In this document: positions 48,526-56,239 of the stretch, piece after piece | How the letters are laid out: the number at the start of each line of letters is the position of its first letter | How positions within the stretch are numbered: the first letter of the stretch is position 1 | Source: an uncultured Clostridia bacterium | GTDB lineage: Bacteria; Bacillota; Clostridia; Oscillospirales; Acutalibacteraceae | DNA length: 64,000 nt | Assembly: GCA_944384985.1 (NCBI GenBank) | Contig: CALWVM010000010.1 | Coordinates: 235 to 64,234, forward strand | Direction of reading: 5' to 3' | The notes under the pieces: generated by a model | Told to the model about the DNA's origin: nothing | Seen by the model: only the letters and a program-made list of their open reading frames with translations | The model's database searches: none | Program-made: the position numbers and the translations under genes

Positions 48526-49095
48526 ATGCAGCCTTGGATTGTCCTTTGCCTGATTTTTATTCCGCCTTGCGTCGCTTTGTTCTTTTATGGTGTGCTTGCT
48601 GTTTATAATGATGTACCGAAGTATTTCGGAAAAGAGCGTTTTACGGTTTACCCGCCTGCCAAATTGCTTTGGTGCAGCGTAGGATTTTTTGGATTTGCAG
48701 CAGCGCTCCTCTATTTCCTTTATCCATTCCAAGAGCCGATTTGTGCAGGAAACAGTATTGAGTATTTGTGTGTTTTCATCTTTGTCTGGGTCGGTTCGTT
48801 TGCGCTCATAGCTCATCTACGCTATCGTATTGTGGTGGATGGGGATAAAATGACAGTCTATCCCTATTTTTCAAAAGCCTATACCGTTACCTTTGATGAG
48901 ATAATTTTGGTGCATTGGCAAAAAGTATATGTGCCTCGTGGAGGGGTCGTAAAAGGCGTTCAACTTCGTACGAAGAAACACAGGCTTTCGGTTACAGAAA
49001 AAATGGTCGCATGTGAGCAGTTCAAAAAGAAAGTATTTGTAAGCGTTGACATTTCAAAACAGCATGGAGAAAATCCGTTTTTCAACCGGCCTTGA
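48526..49095 (+). CDS. hypothetical membrane protein, paralog A (2-3 N-terminal TM segments plus soluble C-terminal domain)
   Basis: ATG preceded by GGAGGTTGCT; 189 aa; roughly 35-40% identical by eye to the downstream paralog; about 45% G+C. Confidence 0.7.
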   Translation: MQPWIVLCLIFIPPCVALFFYGVLAVYNDVPKYFGKERFTVYPPAKLLWCSVGFFGFAAALLYFLYPFQEPICAGNSIEYLCVFIFVWVGSFALIAHLRYRIVVDGDKMTVYPYFSKAYTVTFDEIILVHWQKVYVPRGGVVKGVQLRTKKHRLSVTEKMVACEQFKKKVFVSVDISKQHGENPFFNRP

Positions 49096-49154
49096 TGCCG
49101 GTAAAGCGGCGATTGATTCTCTGCAAAGTAAAGTTATAAATACAGGAGGTTGCT

Positions 49155-49738
49155 ATGCGGCTTTGGCTAGTTCTTACCATCATTTTTGTTCCGCCATTCC
49201 TTACTTTGCTGTTTTATATTATACTTGCTATACGCAATAGACCCTCCAAGCGCTATGAGAAAGAGCGGTTTGTGGTTCATCTCCCTGCATCTTATTCGAC
49301 TGGGTGCAGCATTTTCTTCTTTGGAGTCCCAGCTTGTCTTTTATGCTTTTTTTCACCGCTGCCGGACCCTGTTTACGGAGAAGATCTATTTCTGATTCTT
49401 TCTGCCGGTATCTTTATTTGGTTTGGCGTTTTCGGAAATGTTTTTGCAATTCGTCATCGTATTGTTGTGAATCGGGATAAGATAACGTTTACCCATTGCT
49501 TTCCAAATCGTATACTGTGCCATTTGATGAGTTGACCTCAGTGCAATGCTGCATTCGCGGCAGCTTTTTGGGCAGTTATATACGGGGAAAACAACTTATA
49601 GATTTCATTGAGATTCGAACCAATAAAAGACTTTTTACGGTTTTGAAAAATTATACTGAATGTGATCGCCTCATGCAGAAAATTCTAAAAGACGTAGATT
49701 CCTCTAAAATACATGGAGATGTTGGAACATTTTTATAA
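49155..49738 (+). pseudogene. paralog B of the upstream membrane protein, interrupted by a 1-nt frameshift
   Basis: ORFs 49155-49535 and 49496-49738 together align end to end with paralog A. The frames switch at cattgctttccaaatcg (around 49497-49505); one extra T would restore HCFSKSYTVPFDEL, parallel to YFSKAYTVTFDEI. Confidence 0.7.
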
Positions 49739-49813
49739 CGGGTTCGGGCCATGCATGAACTACCTTTTCTTGTATAGAAGCACATTGCCATAAAACTTCC
49801 CTGTGAAATGACC

Positions 49814-49842
49814 GCATATCTGTCTTTCTCCTTACATATGTA
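49814..49842 (+). promoter_or_regulatory. candidate sigma-E-type promoter for spoIIID
   Basis: GCATATC, 14 nt, CATATGTA, versus the recalled consensus ZHATAxx-14-CATACAHT; the -10 matches 5 of 8. Confidence 0.35.
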
Positions 49843-49870
49843 TTATTGACATAGGTAAGGAGGGCTCGAA

Positions 49871-50134
49871 GTGAAAGACACAGTGGAAGATCGCGCCGTG
49901 GAACTCGGCGAATATATCGTGCATAACAAAGCGACCGTCCGTGCGGCGGCAAAGGTCTTCGGTATCAGCAAAAGCACCGTACATATGGATGTTGCCCAGC
50001 GCCTGCAGCGCATCAGCCCGGGGCTTTATCACGAAGTACGCGAGGTTCTCGACGTTAATAAAGCGCAAAGGCACATCCGCGGCGGGCTTGCCACCCGTGA
50101 GAAATATAAAGCGTGCGAAACGCATAAATCCTGA
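49871..50134 (+). CDS. spoIIID: sporulation transcriptional regulator SpoIIID
   Basis: GTG start after AAGGAGG; IVHNKATVRAAAKVFGISKSTVHMDV (HTH) and RHIRGGLATREKYK match SpoIIID. Confidence 0.92.
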   Translation: MKDTVEDRAVELGEYIVHNKATVRAAAKVFGISKSTVHMDVAQRLQRISPGLYHEVREVLDVNKAQRHIRGGLATREKYKACETHKS

Positions 50135-50140
50135 ATTTTC

Positions 50141-50186
50141 AGCTGCAACCGGCAGGAAAAGACCGCGCCGGCTGCAGTTTTTTCTT
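50141..50186 (+). terminator. intrinsic terminator after spoIIID
   Basis: agctgcaaccggc / gccggctgcag stem (one mismatch) followed by a T7 run. Confidence 0.75.
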
Positions 50187-50213
50187 TGCTTCGCGTAAAA
50201 AATATGGTACAAT
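50186..50213 (+). promoter_or_regulatory. sigma-A-like promoter for the GT2 gene
   Basis: TTGCTT, 16 nt, TACAAT with TGg extended -10. Confidence 0.45.
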
Positions 50214-50244
50214 ACTGCAAGAACCTGTAAAGGCGGCGTTTTGA

Positions 50245-51252
50245 ATGCATACATTGGATCTGATTGTTCCCTGCTATAACGAAGAAGAAGCTCTGCCCCT
50301 GTTTTTTTCTGCGGTGCAGGAGGTGCTTCCCGAATTTCCCGAAACCAAAACGCGCCTGATTTTTGTGGACGACGGCAGTACGGACGGCACGCTTTCGGTG
50401 CTGCGCTCGCTTTGTGCGTCGCACGACTTTGCACGCTATATTTCATTTTCCCGCAATTTCGGCAAAGAGGCGGCGATGCTCGCCGGGCTGCGCGCGTCGT
50501 CTGCGCAGTTCGTCGGCATCTTGGACGCAGATTTGCAGCATTCACCGCAGCTGCTGCCGGCTATGCTGCACGCCCTGACAGACGAAGGGTATGACATCGC
50601 TGCGGCGCAGCGTGAGACGCGCACAGGGGAAGCAAAACTGAAAAGCGGTTTTTCACGCTTGTTTTATAAAATCATTAACCGTATTTCCGATGCAAATATG
50701 GAAGCCGGTGCACAGGACTTCCGCATTATGAAGCGCAAAGTCGTGGACGCTGTGCTGCAAGTGCCCGAATACAATCGCTTTTCCAAAGGCATTTTCAGCT
50801 GGGTCGGGTTCAAAACCAAATGGTTTCCGCATGAAAACCTTTCCCGTGTGGCCGGGAAGACAAAATGGTCGTTCTGGTCACTGTTCTCGTATGCGATAGA
50901 CGGCATCGTCAATTTTTCTACCGCTCCGCTGAAAATTTCTCTGCTTTGCGGCGCTGTATTCAGTATTGCTGGGATTTTGTATGCGCTATATATCATCGTG
51001 CGTACTCTGATTTTCGGCAGCGACGTACCGGGCTACCCGTCCACGATCTGTGCCATTTTAATCATCGGCGGGTTTGTTTTGCTGTCTCTGGGCATTTTGG
51101 GTGAATATATTTCCCGCATTTATATGGAAGTCAAACGCCGCCCACACTATATTATTGATGAGACCGATATTTTGCCCGAAACTTCGGAAAACACGGAACA
51201 GGCAGAATGCGCAGGTCCCGTGTCAGACGCTGCGCCATCTGGGCACGAATAA
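50245..51252 (+). CDS. family 2 glycosyltransferase, polyprenyl-phosphate sugar transferase type (GtrB/ArnC-like)
   Basis: LDLIVPCYNEEEAL, VDDGSTDGT and DADLQH motifs, with two C-terminal TM segments. Confidence 0.88.
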   Translation: MHTLDLIVPCYNEEEALPLFFSAVQEVLPEFPETKTRLIFVDDGSTDGTLSVLRSLCASHDFARYISFSRNFGKEAAMLAGLRASSAQFVGILDADLQHSPQLLPAMLHALTDEGYDIAAAQRETRTGEAKLKSGFSRLFYKIINRISDANMEAGAQDFRIMKRKVVDAVLQVPEYNRFSKGIFSWVGFKTKWFPHENLSRVAGKTKWSFWSLFSYAIDGIVNFSTAPLKISLLCGAVFSIAGILYALYIIVRTLIFGSDVPGYPSTICAILIIGGFVLLSLGILGEYISRIYMEVKRRPHYIIDETDILPETSENTEQAECAGPVSDAAPSGHE

Positions 51253-51403
51253 AATGCCGTGTTGCAATTTATGCGCATATTGTGCGCAAATCCGTTCCTC
51301 TTGCGCAAAAAAATTCAAAATAGACCTTGTATTGACCGCAGATTTTTTATATAATATTTGTCTGTACTGAGATTAACCTAAGTGCTGAAAGGTGGCGCGC
51401 CGA

Positions 51404-54400
51404 GTGGCTGACGAAAAAAACAAGTTCGTAGAGCTCGAACACGAGATCATGGATTTTTGGGAGCGGGAGCATTGCTTCGATAAGCTGGTTGCCAAAAACA
51501 AAGGCAACAAAATGTTCCGCTTTCTGGACGGCCCGATCACAGCGAACAACCCCATGGGGATTCACCATGCCTGGGGCAGAAGCATCAAAGATATTTTTAT
51601 CCGTTACCATGCTATGAACGGGTGTGACTGCCGCTATCAGAACGGCTTTGACTCCCAAGGCCTTTGGGTTGAGGTCGAGGTGGAAAAACAGCTGGGCTTC
51701 AAGACCAAAAAGGATATTGAGAACTACGGGATGGACAAGTTCACACAGGCTTGTAAGGACCGTGTGAAGCATTTTTCCTCCATTATCACGGAGCAGTCCA
51801 AGCGTTTGGGCCAGTGGATGGATTGGGACCATTCTTACTTTACCAATACCGATGAAAACATCGAGGGAATTTGGTATTTCCTGAAAAAATGCGACGAGCA
51901 CGGCTGGATCCAGCGGGAATACAAACCGATGCCTTGGTGCCCGCGCTGCGGTACATCGCTTTCCGAGCATGAGATGACCGGCTCTTACAAGCTGATGACG
52001 CACAATTCCGTATACTTCAAGCTGCCCGTGAAAGAGCTTGACAGCAAGATCCTTGTCTGGACAACCACACCGTGGACACTTTCCTCCAACGTGGCGCTGG
52101 CGGTCAATCCGGATATTGATTATGTGGAAGTTAAGATCAAGAGCGACGACCAAACGCTGATCCTTGCAAAAAATGCGATCCCGCACCTGGGTGACGACAA
52201 GCTTGAGGTTCTTCGTGCATTCAAGGGCAGCGAACTTGTCGGGCTGCACTATGAGACCTGCTTCCCGTATCTTCCGGCGCAAGCTGGCGTTGACCATCAG
52301 ATCGTCGCCTGGGAGGATGTTGCCGCCGACGAAGGTACCGGCGTTGTGCATATCGCGCCCGGCTGCGGTATTGAAGACTTTGAACTCGGCGAGCGCTTGG
52401 GACTGCCGAAGGTCATGCCGATCGACGATATGGGGATTTATCTCGACGGGTTCGACTGGATGACCGGCAAAGACAGCCACACCATCGCCGACGAGGTCTT
52501 TGAACATCTCAAAGCGGATAATAAGCTCTATAAAGTCGAGCCGCATGAACACAGCTATCCTGTTTGCTGGCGCTGCAAATCCGAGGTCGTGTTCCGCCTG
52601 GTGCCCGCGTGGTACATCCGTACTGCCGAACTCAAGCCCAAGCTGATCGATGCCGCAGCCGCCGTGAAATGGGAACCCGCTTCCAACGGCAAACGGATGC
52701 ACGACTGGCTGACAAACATGGGCGACTGGAATATTTCGCGCAAACGTTACTACGGTATGCCGCTTCCGTTTTACCCCTGCGAATGCGGGCATGTGACTGT
52801 GGTTGGTTCGCGTAAAGAGCTGCGTGAGCTTGCCGTGGATCCTGCGAAGGTAGACGCGCTTCCTGAGCTGCACCGCCCGTGGGTCGATACCGTCCAGATC
52901 AAGTGTCCGCACTGCGGGAAACCCGTTTCACGCGTTACCGAAATCGGCGACGTTTGGCTGGATGCGGGCATTGTACCGTTCTCCACGCTGAAATATTTCA
53001 GCGATAAAGCGTACTGGAAAAAGAATTTCCCCGCCGAATGGGTCACCGAAATGCACGAGCAGGTGCGCCTATGGTTTTATTCGCTTCTGTTTATGAGCGT
53101 CGTGCTCGAGGGCAGAGCGCCGTATGAGCGCGTGCTGACGAACAGCGCAGTCGTCGCGGAGGACGGCTCCAAATTTTCCAAGACCGGCTTTATGATTCAA
53201 TTCGATGAGGCGGCGGAAAAGATCGGCGCTGACACGATCCGCTATATGTATGCGGGCGCGCCCGTGTCAAGTGATGTGCGTTTCGGCTATACTTTGGGCG
53301 ACGAAGCGCGCCGCAAGCTGCTTTCGTTCTGGAACATTTATACGTTCTTTGAAACCTATGCCAAGATTGACAAGCCGAATTTTGAAGGCTATGTGCCTGA
53401 TAAGTCCAAAATGACACCCACCGACCTTTGGCTGACTGTGCGCACCAATGAATTTCTGAAGCGTGCCACGGCTTGCTATGACGACTACAAAGTCTATCTG
53501 CTGGTCAAAGATTTTGAAGTTTTTGTGGATGATATCTCCAACTGGTACGTCCGCACGAACCGCCGTCGATTCTGGAAGGCCGACGATGAGCAGGATAAAA
53601 TGCTGGCATACTGGGTGCTGTTCCACGCACTCAACACCGCCGTGCAGGTCATGGCGCCGGTCATCCCGTTCATGACAGAGTATATCTGGCAGACGCTGAC
53701 GCGTAAAGTGCTGCCGAACGCGCCTCTTTCTGTGCATTTAAGCGACTGGCCGAAGCCGCTTGCAGGCTTTGAAGACAATGGCATCGTTGAGCAGACTGCA
53801 TTCGTGCGCGAAGCAATCGCCGTGGCGATGCGTTTGCGCAATGAGCAGCAGCTGAAAGTGCGGCAGCCGCTTGCCGCCATGTATGTTTGCTGTGACGCTG
53901 CGGCGGCGGATAAACTGAAACCCTTTGAGAAAAATATTCTTGATGAGCTGAACATTAAAACGCTGCATTATCTTTCTGATGTCAGCGTGCTGGAGGATAA
54001 ATTCCTGACCGTTAACTTCAAGGTCGCGGGCGCAGTCCTCAAGCAAAACGTCAATAAGATGAAACAAACGCTTGAAGCCCTTTCCGACGCAGATATGGCC
54101 GCCGCCGTTGCCGCAGTCGAGGCGGGTGGCCCGGTGGAGATCCCGGGGTTTGACGGCAGCTTTGATGCGGGGCTCTTCAACGTCTCTTCCAAAACGAAAG
54201 CAGGCATTGTCTCGGCGGAATTTGCAAACGGCAGCGCCGTTGTCGCACTGGACACCAAGCTTACGGAAGCATTGATCCGTGAAGGGCTTGTGCGCGACGT
54301 TGTCCGCCAGTGCCAGATTGCGCGCAAAGAGGCAGGGTATGAAGTCGAACAGCGCGTGCGTGTTTCGATCTGTACAGAAAATGCGCAAATCGCGGATGCG

Positions 54401-54541
54401 CTTTCCGAAAAAGCCGAATATCTTCGGAGCGAACTGCTTGCTGAGGAAGTCCGCATCGGATCGCCGCTGGAAACGGCGGACTACACCAAAGAAGCTGAAA
54501 TTTCCGGCAGCAAAGTTGCGCTGTCGGTGTGCAAAGCATAA
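51404..54541 (+). CDS. ileS: isoleucine--tRNA ligase (long, type 2-like)
   Basis: HIGH-type motif NPMGIHHAWGR, KMSKS-type motif KFSKTG, and CPRCGT / CWRCKS zinc motifs. GTG at 51404 lies 7-8 nt after AAAGGTGG; GTG at 51392 is an alternative. Confidence 0.93.
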   Translation: MADEKNKFVELEHEIMDFWEREHCFDKLVAKNKGNKMFRFLDGPITANNPMGIHHAWGRSIKDIFIRYHAMNGCDCRYQNGFDSQGLWVEVEVEKQLGFKTKKDIENYGMDKFTQACKDRVKHFSSIITEQSKRLGQWMDWDHSYFTNTDENIEGIWYFLKKCDEHGWIQREYKPMPWCPRCGTSLSEHEMTGSYKLMTHNSVYFKLPVKELDSKILVWTTTPWTLSSNVALAVNPDIDYVEVKIKSDDQTLILAKNAIPHLGDDKLEVLRAFKGSELVGLHYETCFPYLPAQAGVDHQIVAWEDVAADEGTGVVHIAPGCGIEDFELGERLGLPKVMPIDDMGIYLDGFDWMTGKDSHTIADEVFEHLKADNKLYKVEPHEHSYPVCWRCKSEVVFRLVPAWYIRTAELKPKLIDAAAAVKWEPASNGKRMHDWLTNMGDWNISRKRYYGMPLPFYPCECGHVTVVGSRKELRELAVDPAKVDALPELHRPWVDTVQIKCPHCGKPVSRVTEIGDVWLDAGIVPFSTLKYFSDKAYWKKNFPAEWVTEMHEQVRLWFYSLLFMSVVLEGRAPYERVLTNSAVVAEDGSKFSKTGFMIQFDEAAEKIGADTIRYMYAGAPVSSDVRFGYTLGDEARRKLLSFWNIYTFFETYAKIDKPNFEGYVPDKSKMTPTDLWLTVRTNEFLKRATACYDDYKVYLLVKDFEVFVDDISNWYVRTNRRRFWKADDEQDKMLAYWVLFHALNTAVQVMAPVIPFMTEYIWQTLTRKVLPNAPLSVHLSDWPKPLAGFEDNGIVEQTAFVREAIAVAMRLRNEQQLKVRQPLAAMYVCCDAAAADKLKPFEKNILDELNIKTLHYLSDVSVLEDKFLTVNFKVAGAVLKQNVNKMKQTLEALSDADMAAAVAAVEAGGPVEIPGFDGSFDAGLFNVSSKTKAGIVSAEFANGSAVVALDTKLTEALIREGLVRDVVRQCQIARKEAGYEVEQRVRVSICTENAQIADALSEKAEYLRSELLAEEVRIGSPLETADYTKEAEISGSKVALSVCKA

Positions 54542-54554
54542 AAGGAGAATATAT

Positions 54555-54761
54555 ATGTTAAAAGAAGTTACAAAAGATATGACCATCGGTGATATTCTGG
54601 ACGCTGACCGCGAGACGGTCCCGTTCTTCCTGGAAATGGGCATGCACTGCCTCGGCTGCCCCGCTTCGCGCGGTGAAACGCTGGAGCAGGCGTGTGAAGT
54701 CCACGGGGTCAGCGCAGATGAGTTGGTGCAGAAGATCAACGCATTTTTGCAGTCCAAATAA
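54555..54761 (+). CDS. DUF1858-like small redox-disulfide protein
   Basis: 68 aa from the ATG after AAAGGAG; MTIGDILDADRETVPFFLEMGMHCLGCPASRGETLEQA matches the hybrid-cluster-protein-associated DUF1858 pattern (CxxC). Confidence 0.75.
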   Translation: MLKEVTKDMTIGDILDADRETVPFFLEMGMHCLGCPASRGETLEQACEVHGVSADELVQKINAFLQSK

Positions 54762-54769
54762 TGGTGCCT

Positions 54770-54808
54770 GCGGGGTGCGCGCCTTGTGCCGCGCCCCGCT
54801 TGTCTTTT
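54770..54808 (+). terminator. intrinsic terminator after ileS and the DUF1858 gene
   Basis: gcggggtgcg / cgcgccccgc 10-bp stem (one G-U) followed by ttgtctttt. Confidence 0.75.
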
Positions 54809-54818
54809 AAGGAGCTTT

Positions 54819-55496
54819 ATGCTGCATTTAACGCCGAGACTTGAGGCGGTCGCCGACACGGTAGAGCCTTGTGAATGTGTTGCGGATATCGGCACGGATC
54901 ATGCATATGTGCCGATCCGTCTTTTGCAGGCGGGCAAAGCGTCGCGCGCAATCGCCGTGGATATCCATAAGCAGCCGCTGGAAAACGCACGTCGTTCTAT
55001 TGTCCGCTTCGGCTTGGAGAACAGGATAGAACTGCGGCTCTCCAATGGGATGCAAAATCTTCGGGCAGGAGAATCGCAGGCTTTTGTTGTCGCAGGAATG
55101 GGCGGCGAACAAATTGCCGAAATGATCGAGGCCACGCCGTGGCTACGTAAAACCGGCGTGCAGCTTGTCTTGCAGCCTATGACGCATTGCGAAGATGTGC
55201 GCCGTGCGTTGCGAAAAAACGGGTTCTCTCTCACTTCTGAAAAAACAGTGGCAGAGGGGAAACGCATATATTTGATTATATCCGCCCACCATAGCGATGA
55301 CGTGCAGATGCCGGTGTCACCGGGTTTTGATTATGTCGGCGCGCTGCGTCCGCAAGAGGTGGAAACGGACCGCTTGTTTTTGTTGAATACACTGCGCCGT
55401 TTGCAAGTTAAAGCGGAAGCCCTGCACGGCAAAGACGAGACGGCAGTTTATCGGCTGGAAGCGGTTATTCAGGAGGTTTCGGATGTTTGCAGGTAA
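54819..55496 (+). CDS. trmK: tRNA (adenine22-N1)-methyltransferase
   Basis: LTPRLEAVADTV...VADIGTDHAYVPI N-terminus. The ATG lies 4 nt after AAGGAG; the ORF-track start at 54786 lies inside the terminator. Confidence 0.88.
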   Translation: MLHLTPRLEAVADTVEPCECVADIGTDHAYVPIRLLQAGKASRAIAVDIHKQPLENARRSIVRFGLENRIELRLSNGMQNLRAGESQAFVVAGMGGEQIAEMIEATPWLRKTGVQLVLQPMTHCEDVRRALRKNGFSLTSEKTVAEGKRIYLIISAHHSDDVQMPVSPGFDYVGALRPQEVETDRLFLLNTLRRLQVKAEALHGKDETAVYRLEAVIQEVSDVCR

Positions 55497-56226
55497 AATT
55501 TATGATTACATAGATTCCATCGCACCGTTTTCCGGACAGGCAGAGTGGGACAACAGCGGCTTTTTGGTCGGAGAACGCGGTGCAAAAGCGGATCGTATTC
55601 TGTTTGCGCTTGATGCTACGGCGCAGGTCATCCACGAGGCGGTTGAAAAGAATTGTACACTGCTTATAACGCATCACCCGATTCTGTTCAACCCGGTGAA
55701 AGCCTTTACGGAAGCTGACCCCGCATACCTTGCCGCAAAGCATGGAATTTCTGTTATCTGTGCACACACGTCTTACGATTTTGCCGCGGGCGGCGTTGCC
55801 GACGTATTGTGCGCTGCAGTTGGACTGACCGATGTACGAGCTTCCGAATGTGGCGAATTTCGCATCGGTAAAACAACTTGTTCTGCGGCACAGGCATTTG
55901 CCCAAACGGTAAAAGCGGCGCTGCACGCTCAAGTATTTGTCGCACTGCCGCAAAAACAGGTGGAAACAGTTGCGGTCTGCGGCGGTGCGGGCGCGTCCTT
56001 CCTGCACGCGGCAAAGGAACAGGGCGCCGACTTGTTGTTGACCGGCGAAGCCAAACACCACGAAATGCTCGACGCCGCAGCACAGGATATCGCACTTGTT
56101 GTTGCCGGCCATTTTGAAACCGAGCGTCCCGCTATCTGCAAACTTCGCGAGCGGGTACAGGCGGCTTTTCCGGAAACGGTGTGCCTGCTTTCCGAGCAGG
56201 TCTCGCCGGTGCAGATCATCGAATAA
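55483..56226 (+). CDS. Nif3-like dinuclear metal centre protein (YqfO-like)
   Basis: APFSGQAEWDNSGFLVG, LLITHHP and GHFETE motifs; conserved trmK-nif3 pairing. Confidence 0.9.
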   Translation: MFAGKIYDYIDSIAPFSGQAEWDNSGFLVGERGAKADRILFALDATAQVIHEAVEKNCTLLITHHPILFNPVKAFTEADPAYLAAKHGISVICAHTSYDFAAGGVADVLCAAVGLTDVRASECGEFRIGKTTCSAAQAFAQTVKAALHAQVFVALPQKQVETVAVCGGAGASFLHAAKEQGADLLLTGEAKHHEMLDAAAQDIALVVAGHFETERPAICKLRERVQAAFPETVCLLSEQVSPVQIIE

Positions 56227-56239
56227 AGGAACTTTTACT

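Noticed and set aside
51253-51403. Possible T-box leader upstream of ileS, suggested by aaaggtggcgcgccg resembling the T-box GGTGG core
   Set aside because: The gap of about 150 nt is too short for a T-box leader. The GGTGG lies right at the SD/start, and I could find no specifier loop, AG bulge or terminator/antiterminator pair.
51347-54895. Very long minus-strand ORFs (521 aa at 51347-52912 and 385 aa at 53738-54895) antisense to ileS and the DUF1858 gene
   Set aside because: They lie entirely opposite a gene with unambiguous synthetase motifs. Their translations are Arg/His/Gly/Pro-rich low-complexity sequence typical of shadow frames in GC-rich coding DNA, and they lack SD-start contexts.
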